From Haloquadratum walsbyi C23 (GTDB lineage: Archaea > Halobacteriota > Halobacteria > Halobacteriales > Haloferacaceae): a stretch of 32,000 nt of DNA. The position numbers and the translations under genes are program-made. Below the pieces are notes generated by a model. It did not search any database, was not told the DNA's origin, and saw nothing but the letters and a program-made list of their open reading frames with translations. Location: contig NC_017459.1 of the NCBI RefSeq assembly GCF_000237865.1, positions 30,001-62,000 of the forward strand. The letters run 5' to 3'. Shown one piece after another: positions 16,978 to 25,228 of this stretch (position 1 is its first letter; each line of letters starts with the position of its first letter).

Positions 16978-18576
16978 CTATTTAGTATCTGAAGCACCGT
17001 TGAGAGTCAAATACCGAACATCAATCATCCGCTCGTCGGCAAGAAGTCGCTCAACAACATCGGTTGGGACAGAATCATCAAGATTGTATATTGTCAATGC
17101 TTCACCCCCTTCAATATCGCGTCGTGCGTTGAACATCCCGGCAATATTAATATTATGCTCACCGAGCACTGACCCAATAAATCCAATGACACCTGGTTTA
17201 TCAGCGTTTCGCGCGACAAGCATCTTACCATGTGGGACTGCATCGACTCGATATCCATCGATTTTCACAATCCGCGGTTCACCTCCAGTAAACTGCGTTC
17301 CACTTACCGCAAGTTGATCGTCACCGTTGCTTACCTCGACGGTGACAACACTCTGGAAGTCATCCGATTGCAAACGTTTTGACTCGGTGACATCAATTCC
17401 GCGCTCTTCAGCAATTTGTGGCGCATTAACCGCATTCACCTGCCACTCTAATGGTTCAAATACACCCTTCAGTGCTGAAGCGGTGGCGAGTTCAACATCC
17501 TCATCTGCGATATCACCCTCATATGAAACCGAGACTGATGAGATACGCCCATCAAGTAGTTGTGCAGCGATCTTTCCGGCTGTTTCTGCAAGGTCAATAT
17601 ATGGGCGAATCCGTGGGAACACACTCTCATCGACTGATGGCGCATTCAGCGCATTCATCACCGGCGCTCCAGCAAATGCAGCATCAATCTGATCAGCGAT
17701 TGACGTTGCAACATTCTCTTGAGCCGCTTCGGTTGATGCGCCAAGATGTGGTGTAACAACAATATTATCAACGCTGAGTAAGGCACTATCGGGTGCGACT
17801 GGTTCATCTGCAAAGACATCTACTGCCGCACCATCAAGCACTCCATCTTCAACTGCTGCGGCAAGTGCGTCCTCATCAACGACGCCCCCACGAGCACAGT
17901 TGATCAAATATCCACCATCCATCAATTCAAGTTCTGCCGTTGAAATCATTCCTGCTGTTTCAGATGTAAGTGGAGTGTGGACTGTCAGGAACTCTGCGCG
18001 CTCAAGACACGTATCAAATTCAACAAGCTCAGCACCTAGCCGCTCGGCTCGATCCTCGCTAATATATGGATCATACGCAACAAGATCCATCCCAAGACTT
18101 TCAAGTCGTTTTGCAACCTCCTGCCCGACCCGACCAAGCCCAACGACACCGAGCGTCTTTCCGTTTACCTCAGTACCAAGATATTCGCTCTTTGCCCACT
18201 CACCAGTTCGCAAACGGGCATGTGCTTGTGGAATTGATCGTGCTCCTGCAAAGGTCATTGCAACAGTATGCTCTGCTGCTGCGCGAACGTTTCCTTCTGG
18301 GGCATTCGCAACAATGACGCCATGTTCGGTCGCAGCATCAATATCGATATTATCAACCCCAATTCCAGCCCGTCCAACAATAATCAGATCTGAGGCAGCC
18401 TCAAAGACAGCTTCATTCACGTCGGTTCCGGACCGAACGACGAGCGCGTTAACGTCCGTAATCGTATTTAAAAGCGCCTCGTCTCCGATGTCATAGGCCG
18501 TCTCAACGCTATGACCGGCGGCTCGAAGCCGTTCAAGTCCAGCATCGTCGATTGGGTCCGTGACGAGTACCTGCAT
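16978..18576 (-). CDS. serA: D-3-phosphoglycerate dehydrogenase (with C-terminal ASB/ACT regulatory domains)
   Basis: Track ORF reaches 18588 (GTG); ATG 18576 gives MQVLVTDPIDDAGL. It has the NAD-binding motif GVVGLGRVGQEVAKR, the catalytic region LINCARGGVVDE...TPHLGAST, and an ACT-like C-terminus GVIGFIGSVLGEHNINIAGM. Confidence 0.92.
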   Translation of the reverse strand: MQVLVTDPIDDAGLERLRAAGHSVETAYDIGDEALLNTITDVNALVVRSGTDVNEAVFEAASDLIIVGRAGIGVDNIDIDAATEHGVIVANAPEGNVRAAAEHTVAMTFAGARSIPQAHARLRTGEWAKSEYLGTEVNGKTLGVVGLGRVGQEVAKRLESLGMDLVAYDPYISEDRAERLGAELVEFDTCLERAEFLTVHTPLTSETAGMISTAELELMDGGYLINCARGGVVDEDALAAAVEDGVLDGAAVDVFADEPVAPDSALLSVDNIVVTPHLGASTEAAQENVATSIADQIDAAFAGAPVMNALNAPSVDESVFPRIRPYIDLAETAGKIAAQLLDGRISSVSVSYEGDIADEDVELATASALKGVFEPLEWQVNAVNAPQIAEERGIDVTESKRLQSDDFQSVVTVEVSNGDDQLAVSGTQFTGGEPRIVKIDGYRVDAVPHGKMLVARNADKPGVIGFIGSVLGEHNINIAGMFNARRDIEGGEALTIYNLDDSVPTDVVERLLADERMIDVRYLTLNGASDTK

Positions 18577-18769
18577 GTGCATAATCACATCCCCGGTCTT
18601 CGGTTAAACGTTTCTTCATCGGGATATACAGCTGTCTGTGAACTGTTAATTATGTATGTGTGCCAGTTAGGATATAATTCATACAGCTGATCAACAGAAA
18701 AATAGCCTATATTTCAATCAGTGCTTATCTAAACGCTAAGCTCAAATCATTGGCTATCGACACCCCAAT

Positions 18770-19405
18770 ATGCGACTCATTGCGTTCGACTTTGATGGAA
18801 CTCTCTCAGACTCAGAGATGACCGTTCTTCTTGGCGGTCGATGTGGTGTCGCTGACGAGATGGAATCAATTACAGATCGTGCAATGAATGATGAACTTTC
18901 GTATGCACAGAGTCTCCGAAGGCGTGCTGCACTGCTAGAAGGGCTTGATGACGAGAAAGCTCACAAGGCATTCAACGCTGTCCAACTCCGACCAAGTGCT
19001 GGCATGGTCATTGATCGACTTCGTGATGCTGGTCACCATGTTGCTATTTTTACTGGTGGATTCGAACGCGGTGTTGAACAAGCATTAGATAAAACAAATA
19101 CCACTGTCGATACAATTGTCGCTAATCGGCTTCCGACATCTGATGGTGAGCTCACTGGAACCGTCGATGGACCGCTTATTGATGGGACAAAAAATGACAC
19201 TCTTTTATCACTTGCAACAGACTGTGATGTTTCACCTGATCGGACCGTTGCCATTGGTGATGGAGCAAATGACCTCCCGATGCTTGAGGTAGCCGGTCTT
19301 GCTGTTGGGTTTACTCCAAAGGATGCTGTCCGTCCAGCATGTGACGTCGTCGTTGCCTCAATGGATCAGCTCATGCATGTTTTTGAGGAGCACAATATTA
19401 TTTAA
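18770..19405 (+). CDS. serB: phosphoserine phosphatase (HAD-IB family)
   Basis: 211 aa with HAD motifs FDFDGTL, FTGGF and GDGANDLPML. Divergent from serA. Confidence 0.85.
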   Translation: MRLIAFDFDGTLSDSEMTVLLGGRCGVADEMESITDRAMNDELSYAQSLRRRAALLEGLDDEKAHKAFNAVQLRPSAGMVIDRLRDAGHHVAIFTGGFERGVEQALDKTNTTVDTIVANRLPTSDGELTGTVDGPLIDGTKNDTLLSLATDCDVSPDRTVAIGDGANDLPMLEVAGLAVGFTPKDAVRPACDVVVASMDQLMHVFEEHNII

Positions 19406-19603
19406 CTGAGCTATAACAGTGAACCGCCTCAACAAGCGGGAAGACAAGGCGACACTGCTCGATCCTCGTACAGATACTATTATCGGTGATTATACATAAA
19501 TTATTACATATAAAATATTTATATTTATACACTTCATATATAATCCCACAGATTTAGCTACCCAGCGTAATATAATCACGCGGAGCCGAGTAGGTATGGG
19601 CAG

Positions 19604-19962
19604 TTCACCGCGGGATGACTCCGACAACAAAGATATCACCTACGGATTTTATGACTTCCGACAGCATACTGAAATAAATACAGCAGACGAAACCCGAAAT
19701 GGGGTTAGATCGAGATCTATATTCATAAAAAGCAACCCTGCGTCGAGTGTCCTGCTCACACATGGTGGTTGAGTCAGGTCGATGTCACGGTCTATGAGGT
19801 GCAAGCGGATACCCCATCCTAAATATACCATGTCTCCCTTCGGAGATCCGACGCACTACCCAAAAACACAACCGAGACTCCGGCGGTCTCGATCAGAATA
19901 TGTTGGGGACGCATGATTGGCATGCTATCTCGCGAGAGGAGCCTTGCGTTTTCACCGCGGGA
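19604..19962 (+). repeat. 12-nt direct repeat TTCACCGCGGGA (19604-19615 and 19951-19962), each preceded by GGAGCC (19582-19587, 19938-19943)
   Basis: Read directly. The copies are 347 bp apart inside a 580-bp non-coding stretch. Confidence 0.5.
19862..19891 (-). terminator. hairpin (CGAGAC-N7-GTCTCG, 19873-19891) followed on the minus strand by T5 (A5 at 19862-19866 on plus): candidate terminator of the NucS-like gene
   Basis: Read directly. It lies about 95-125 nt downstream of the minus-strand stop at 19986. Confidence 0.35.
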
Positions 19963-19985
19963 AGGATGTTGATGATAGTATCGGG

Positions 19986-20738
19986 CTATCCTTCGTCAGT
20001 TTTGTTCAGTAACTCACACGTTCCATCAAGACATTGCTGTCCCCGCGATGTCTCGAATATTGGTAATCCGCACGAGCAGACATCAACAACAACACCTGTG
20101 GGGATTGCAAACGCAGTCTCGCATGCTGGATATCCACTGCATCCCGCGAGTAATCGACCACTCCGCCGAATAATCTGCATCGGCGCTCCACAGTCTGGGC
20201 ATGTCCACTCATCATCAAATCGCTCTCGAACAGCGTCATCAAGCGACTCACACTCGCGATCAAGACAGATACTAAACCGTTCGCCAGCTGTTGCTTCGAT
20301 CATTGGTAGCCCACAACTCTCACAACACTCATCTTGCACAGTTGCACCCTTTGGCAGAGGATATTTGATATCAGAATTGATTACAGTAATCATATTACCG
20401 GTCTGAATGAGTGACTCACCACTCTTTGGGTGTCTCCCGACTGGTATACCTGCCTCCGTCACCGGATACTCTGCGTGACCAGTAACTTCGTGTCCAATAA
20501 TGCGCAGAACCTGTTCACCCGCCCGTGCGGTAATTCCAAACCCACCCACATCACTCTCAACTGTGATTGAATCAGAGCGTGTAAGCCATGCGACAGGCTG
20601 ATATCCATCAGTGTCGTGAACGAGGACAGTTTGATCAGGTTTAATAATTACAACGACACGTCCACGTTGCGTTTGGTCATCTGATCCCTCAAATGTTGTT
20701 GTACAGTCACCGGCAAAGACCCGGATTGTTTTATCCAC
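19986..20738 (-). CDS. NucS-N-terminal-like domain fused to topoisomerase-type C4 zinc-ribbons (no nuclease domain)
   Basis: 250 aa. The N-terminus IRVFAGDCTTTFEGSDDQTQRGRVVVIIKPDQTVLVHDTDGYQPVAWLTRSD resembles the ssDNA-binding N-domain of NucS/EndoMS. The C-terminal half carries Cys4 ribbons (CESCGLPM...C.DREC; CPDCGAPMQIIRRSGRLLAGCSGYPAC; CSCGLP...CLDGTC) like zf-C4_Topoisom. Confidence 0.85.
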   Translation of the reverse strand: MDKTIRVFAGDCTTTFEGSDDQTQRGRVVVIIKPDQTVLVHDTDGYQPVAWLTRSDSITVESDVGGFGITARAGEQVLRIIGHEVTGHAEYPVTEAGIPVGRHPKSGESLIQTGNMITVINSDIKYPLPKGATVQDECCESCGLPMIEATAGERFSICLDRECESLDDAVRERFDDEWTCPDCGAPMQIIRRSGRLLAGCSGYPACETAFAIPTGVVVDVCSCGLPIFETSRGQQCLDGTCELLNKTDEG

Positions 20739-20838
20739 ACCGGTGTTGGGTGCTAATTATAACATAAGCATTCGCGCGAATTTACTTCAAGTAAAACGGA
20801 TACACGATCCCCTGATTTCACCCGGGGATGACTCGCTG

Positions 20839-23193
20839 TTATTCATTATCGACCACTGATACTGCTCGTTGCGCACGGACTGGATGTAGTGGCTCCGCCG
20901 GAAATGTTATCTCAATCGTAAATTCCAGTTTCTCAGTATCTGCACCGAAAACCCCGACTGGAACAGTTGTTGTATTATCCAGGTATGTCTCTGTTGCTGT
21001 CATCTCAATATTATTAACTGTAATACGAATTCCGACATACCCACTACCACCAACATTTCGAATTGTGACCTCACAAATCTCATTCGCGCCACGAGTGATT
21101 TCATCAGGGAGCGATTCCCATCTCACATCAATATCGGGAAACTCCCGTGCATTTGTCACGATCTGCTTTGCAACACCTTCAGTCAGTCCTGCGCGCTGGA
21201 GTTCCGTTACCCCAGCGTCGATAATGTCCGCTGGACTATGCAACCCACCAGTTGCAAGTTTATTTGCTCGTGTTGCACCAATTCCATCAATAGCAGTCAG
21301 CGCAACAGCATCACGCGAAACCCCGTGTTCTACGCGTGCTGCGACCCGGCGTGCTAGACTCGCTGCTCGCGGTCCTGCGAAGGAGTCAAGAAATTCCCGA
21401 AGTGCCGAAAGCAGTCGACGGGCGTTCTGTCGGATAATCCATGCATCTGATCGAAGATCCGCAGGTGTTGCCCCATTCATCCCAGCATAGAGGATTGCAA
21501 GCACCTTTTTTGACCCATCTTCAAGCTCGGTCGAGATGGACGCATCCGATAGGACCTTATCAATAGCATCAGATTCTGATTGTCGAGCTGAGACAGCATG
21601 AAACTCACCTGCACCAGCAACGGTCTCAAGAATCCCAGTTGCGGTGAGTGTCCCCTGATCACAAAGCAAATCAAATCTCTCGGCAGTCGACAATCGCAGG
21701 TAATATTTCGAGGTAAGTCGCCCAAGAGTTGTTCCACTGACAGAGAGGTCATCATCCATCTCCACAAATCCCCGGTTGACGAGTGAATCGAGTGTCGACC
21801 GCATGCGTTCTTTGAGTGTATCAAAGTCATATGCACCAGGATTTGACTCAGCACGTCGATAGTAGAACGTCGTCTCAAGCCATGTAAGGACGTCATCAAG
21901 ATCTTTGATAGTCCCCATTGCAATTTCAGCGTTGAGATGTGAATCAAGATCCTCAGCAAGCCGAGATTCGATTTCCTTTCCTTCTGCGAGTAATCGACGA
22001 TACTTTTCAGCTTCTGAGCGGTCACAAACCACCCACCCGTATCCAACATCATCATAGCTTGGTCGTCCTGCTCGCCCAAGCATCTGTAGCACATCAAGTG
22101 GTGAGATATCGACTTCTCCCTCGAGCGGGTCATGATACTTTGTATCTCTGATAACTACACATCGTGCAGGAAGATTCACACCCCACGCTAGTGTTGACGT
22201 TGAGAAAAGTAATTGAATTTCTCCAGATTTAAACCATGATTCAACACGGTCACGATCGTCTTTTGCTAGTCCTGCATGATGAAACCCAACACCGTCAGGG
22301 GCTGCTTTGCTTAGTGCATCATTTTCTAATTCCTTCGCACTCGTATGGAATTCATACTCTCCACGTGCACCCATTGGAATATCTCGTTGTGCAATTTCAT
22401 CCCGTGCCTTCCCAGCAGCACGGACCGCGTCTTGGCGCGATGACACAAAGACAAGTGCTTGTCCACCATCCCGGAGGTGTTCCTCAGCACAATCGAGTGC
22501 CCGATAGAGTCGTCGATACTTATCTGCAAACGTATTGTCACCGTGGGTGTACAGCTGAATGCCAGTGTGTAGCTCTACCGGACGATAATCCTCTCCAAAT
22601 TGAAATGTTGTTTCCGACGATGCATCGAGCCACCCAGCGACATCATCAACATTCGACATCGTTGCTGAGAGTGCAACAATTCGGGGATCACACAACCGAC
22701 GAAGCCGTGACACTGTGACTTCTAAAACACCACCTCGCCTGTCAGAGTCAAGGAGATGAACCTCATCGATAACGCAACAGTCAATATCAGTAATAAACGA
22801 ATATCGTGCCGAGTCGTGCTTTCGTGTCGCTGAATCGGCTTTTTCTGGAGTCATGACCAGGATATCGGCTCGCTCTGCTCGTCGGGTGTTGAGTTCACGC
22901 TCGCCAGTAACGACATACACTGAGTACCCAAGTGACTCAAATCTATCCCACTCGGACTCTTTTTCGTTTGTCAGCGCTCGCAGTGGGGCAATAAACAATG
23001 CTGTTCCATTGTGACGCAACGCCCGACATATTGCTAACTCTGCGAGGGCAGTCTTCCCACTAGCTGTCGGTGCAGCAACAACAACATTTGAGTCGGTTTG
23101 TAGAATCCCTGGTGCTGCCTCTTGTTGCATTTGATTGAATTCATCGAAACTGAACGCATCAGCAAATTCTGGGACAACATCTGCAACTTTCAC
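20839..23193 (-). CDS. Ski2/Hel308-like superfamily-2 helicase with Sec63-like C-terminal unit
   Basis: 784 aa with motif I AAPTASGKTALAE, motif II VIDEVHLL, motif VI QMLGRAGRP, and a helix-hairpin-helix (IDGIGATRANKLATGG). A beta-rich tail of about 100 aa follows (ICEVTIRNVGGSGYVGIRITVNNIEM...EFTIEITFPAEP). Confidence 0.9.
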   Translation of the reverse strand: MKVADVVPEFADAFSFDEFNQMQQEAAPGILQTDSNVVVAAPTASGKTALAELAICRALRHNGTALFIAPLRALTNEKESEWDRFESLGYSVYVVTGERELNTRRAERADILVMTPEKADSATRKHDSARYSFITDIDCCVIDEVHLLDSDRRGGVLEVTVSRLRRLCDPRIVALSATMSNVDDVAGWLDASSETTFQFGEDYRPVELHTGIQLYTHGDNTFADKYRRLYRALDCAEEHLRDGGQALVFVSSRQDAVRAAGKARDEIAQRDIPMGARGEYEFHTSAKELENDALSKAAPDGVGFHHAGLAKDDRDRVESWFKSGEIQLLFSTSTLAWGVNLPARCVVIRDTKYHDPLEGEVDISPLDVLQMLGRAGRPSYDDVGYGWVVCDRSEAEKYRRLLAEGKEIESRLAEDLDSHLNAEIAMGTIKDLDDVLTWLETTFYYRRAESNPGAYDFDTLKERMRSTLDSLVNRGFVEMDDDLSVSGTTLGRLTSKYYLRLSTAERFDLLCDQGTLTATGILETVAGAGEFHAVSARQSESDAIDKVLSDASISTELEDGSKKVLAILYAGMNGATPADLRSDAWIIRQNARRLLSALREFLDSFAGPRAASLARRVAARVEHGVSRDAVALTAIDGIGATRANKLATGGLHSPADIIDAGVTELQRAGLTEGVAKQIVTNAREFPDIDVRWESLPDEITRGANEICEVTIRNVGGSGYVGIRITVNNIEMTATETYLDNTTTVPVGVFGADTEKLEFTIEITFPAEPLHPVRAQRAVSVVDNE

Positions 23194-23801
23194 GCATTAC
23201 CCTCCCAATGTGAAATCCGTCTACCAACATGTGTGGACTGATTTTCCCAACGACGTTGATACCTGCTTCGACACCGACATACACAGGCATGTATGAATCT
23301 GTATTCGCATCTCGTTTTATTATCCTGCACGCACCACCACCTTCGACTGACTTGACACTGAAATCGATGTGAGCACTGGAATTGACGGTTGTGTCTGTTC
23401 TTACACTTATAATATGTATGATAATTACCGCTGATTAGCAGACCTGGAACAGATAGACTCACATTGTTTATCGAGTCCCCAAGCGAAAAAGACGTTTCTT
23501 CTTCAATACAGCTATATGAGACATTCCATTTCTATGATAGAGTAAGGATCCGGCTTCCTCAGTCTATCTCAAAGTCTCTCTACGACGTGAATCGGCATAT
23601 GCTCACATTTAATATGACGATGCGGTCAACGCTGATGTGAATGAGGCGGAGAACATCCATCTCGACATCAACAACACAGAAAGTCACTCCGGATCTTTCG
23701 GGTGGCTGTCCGAGGATAGGAGTACCAACTGGTTGCCACAGCCCGAAGTCTCCCTGTATGACTTGTTTACTGGATTCCAACCGCAGGCATAACTTCTAAA
23801 C

Positions 23802-23838
23802 TGCCTCGGGGTCAGATCAACATCAGAGCCCCGAGGCA
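23802..23838. repeat. perfect 10-bp stem hairpin TGCCTCGGGG-N17-CCCCGAGGCA
   Basis: Read directly: arms at 23802-23811 and 23829-23838. This is the strongest of four hairpins in the 0.8 kb helicase/endA intergenic region. Confidence 0.6.
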
Positions 23839-24007
23839 TTCGCCTTGCTCATCTGTCGACTGCAAACGGTAATATCCAACCCCACTCTTTGGATTCCTCC
23901 ACCTTCGGAGGGAAGAGAGTGTCAAATACGTCTGTTCGCTCAGTGAATAAATCACCGTGGAGCGATTGCAACAAAGATAGAAGTCCACTGCGATAATATA
24001 AGAATAG

Positions 24008-25228
24008 ATGGAAGGGACACTTGTTGATGGAACTGTTCAGGTTGGTGCAGACGCCAAACAGCGCTTTCATGATGCTCGAGGATACGGGCGCATGCGCGAT
24101 AGCACAATAGTTGAACTCGCCCCCGTCGAAGCAGCACACTTGCTTGCCCGTGGCGATCTTGAGACAGTCATCATCGATGCATCCTCATCTGCGGGTGAGA
24201 CAGCTTCGGTAGATGACGTAAATACCACACCACATATCGGTGCATCCGATACGTCTGGACCACACTCAGCAGATGACTCATCGACATATCACGTCGGATT
24301 TCGAGGGTTCCTTGCATATACAGATGCAGCCCGTCAATTTGCGGTGTATAAAGATCTCCGTGACCGCGGATTTTATCTCTCACCTGCCCGCTCATCATGG
24401 CCTGGTGTTGACCCAGCAGTTGGTAATCAGATCGATTTTATTGTCTATCCACGTGGCATGGGACCACATGATGATGAAGTCGCCCATCAAATCTGCGTCA
24501 TCGGTGAACGCGAGACTGTGTCAATGTCGACCCTTGGTGATGTTGTTCTTGCAGTTGTTGATGAAGACGGCGAGTTGACATACTTTGAGACTGATTCTAA
24601 CTCAGCATTCCATGAGGTCATCTCTCATGACGAAGATAATACAGATTCCAAAAATATTGATCCAAGTGAAATCAGTGATAATCGAACAACTCAAGACCAA
24701 TCATCGCTTCCAGCAGATCTAAGCGCTGACGTGATTCATGATCGCGTCGTCTGTTATGACGCCACTGATTCATTGTATGACGAGAATTTCTATGGACAGC
24801 GATTATTCGGTCGTAACGCCGATACAGGTCCAATTCAATTTTCACTTATTGAAGCTGCATACCTTGCCCAGCAGGGTGTAATCGCAGTCGATACAGCCAC
24901 AATTGTTGCTATCGGACGTGATGTTGAGGGTGAGCGGTTTGACCGTCGTCTCCGTGTGTATGCAGCACTGAGAAATCATGACACTGTTCCGAAAAGTGGA
25001 TTTAAATTCGGAGCGGATTTCCGCGTTTATACAACATTTGATGGGATCGACTCACTCGATCATTCAACTGATCTCATCCGTGTCTGTCAAACCGATATGA
25101 AAATATATCCACGCGATTTATCGTTAGATATCAGATTGGCTGGTGGGGTCCGCAAGCGAATGGTTTTTGCGCTCACCCCAGCCAACGGCGATATACACTG
25201 GCTTTCGGTAGCCCGACTCACTTTATGA
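24008..25228 (+). CDS. endA: tRNA-splicing endonuclease EndA (two-repeat haloarchaeal type, with acidic insertions)
   Basis: 406 aa. The N-terminus MEGTLVDGTVQVGADAKQRFHDARGYG...LAPVEAAHLLARGDL and the C-terminal catalytic repeat PKSGFKFGADFRVY...RLAGGVRKRMVFAL match the haloarchaeal EndA pattern. Confidence 0.88.
   Translation: MEGTLVDGTVQVGADAKQRFHDARGYGRMRDSTIVELAPVEAAHLLARGDLETVIIDASSSAGETASVDDVNTTPHIGASDTSGPHSADDSSTYHVGFRGFLAYTDAARQFAVYKDLRDRGFYLSPARSSWPGVDPAVGNQIDFIVYPRGMGPHDDEVAHQICVIGERETVSMSTLGDVVLAVVDEDGELTYFETDSNSAFHEVISHDEDNTDSKNIDPSEISDNRTTQDQSSLPADLSADVIHDRVVCYDATDSLYDENFYGQRLFGRNADTGPIQFSLIEAAYLAQQGVIAVDTATIVAIGRDVEGERFDRRLRVYAALRNHDTVPKSGFKFGADFRVYTTFDGIDSLDHSTDLIRVCQTDMKIYPRDLSLDIRLAGGVRKRMVFALTPANGDIHWLSVARLTL

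Noticed and set aside
17900-18496. Long ORFs antisense to, or out of frame with, real genes. These are 17900-18496 (198 aa), 16973-17317, 20828-21490 (220 aa), 21477-22133 (218 aa), 9426-9878 (150 aa), 27552-27995 (147 aa), 7764-8156 and 22236-22718.
   Set aside because: All are Ser/Arg/Ala/Cys-rich with neutral or basic composition, unlike the uniformly acidic genuine proteins here. Each is fully contained within a confidently identified gene on the other strand or frame. They are typical shadow ORFs of codon-biased genes.
19058-19067. GGATTCGAAC, a tRNA T-arm-like string.
   Set aside because: It lies inside the serB coding frame (encodes TGGFERG, a HAD motif) and has no surrounding cloverleaf. 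No tRNA was found anywhere in the window.
19560-19990. Possible RNase P RNA in the serB/NucS-like spacer (TCGGGCTATCC near 19973-19983 resembles the 3' P4 strand region).
   Set aside because: The invariant ACAGAA preceding it is AUAGUA here. No GGAAAGUCC 5' P4 strand is present. The CTA within the match is simply the stop codon of the minus-strand gene ending at 19986.
23190-23462. Minus-strand ORFs 23190-23462 (90 aa) and 23849-24139 (96 aa) in or around the helicase/endA spacer.
   Set aside because: Both are highly basic and Cys-rich (e.g. …CKNRHNRQFQCSHRFQCQVSRRWWC…). The second overlaps the endA start. Neither looks like a real haloarchaeal protein.
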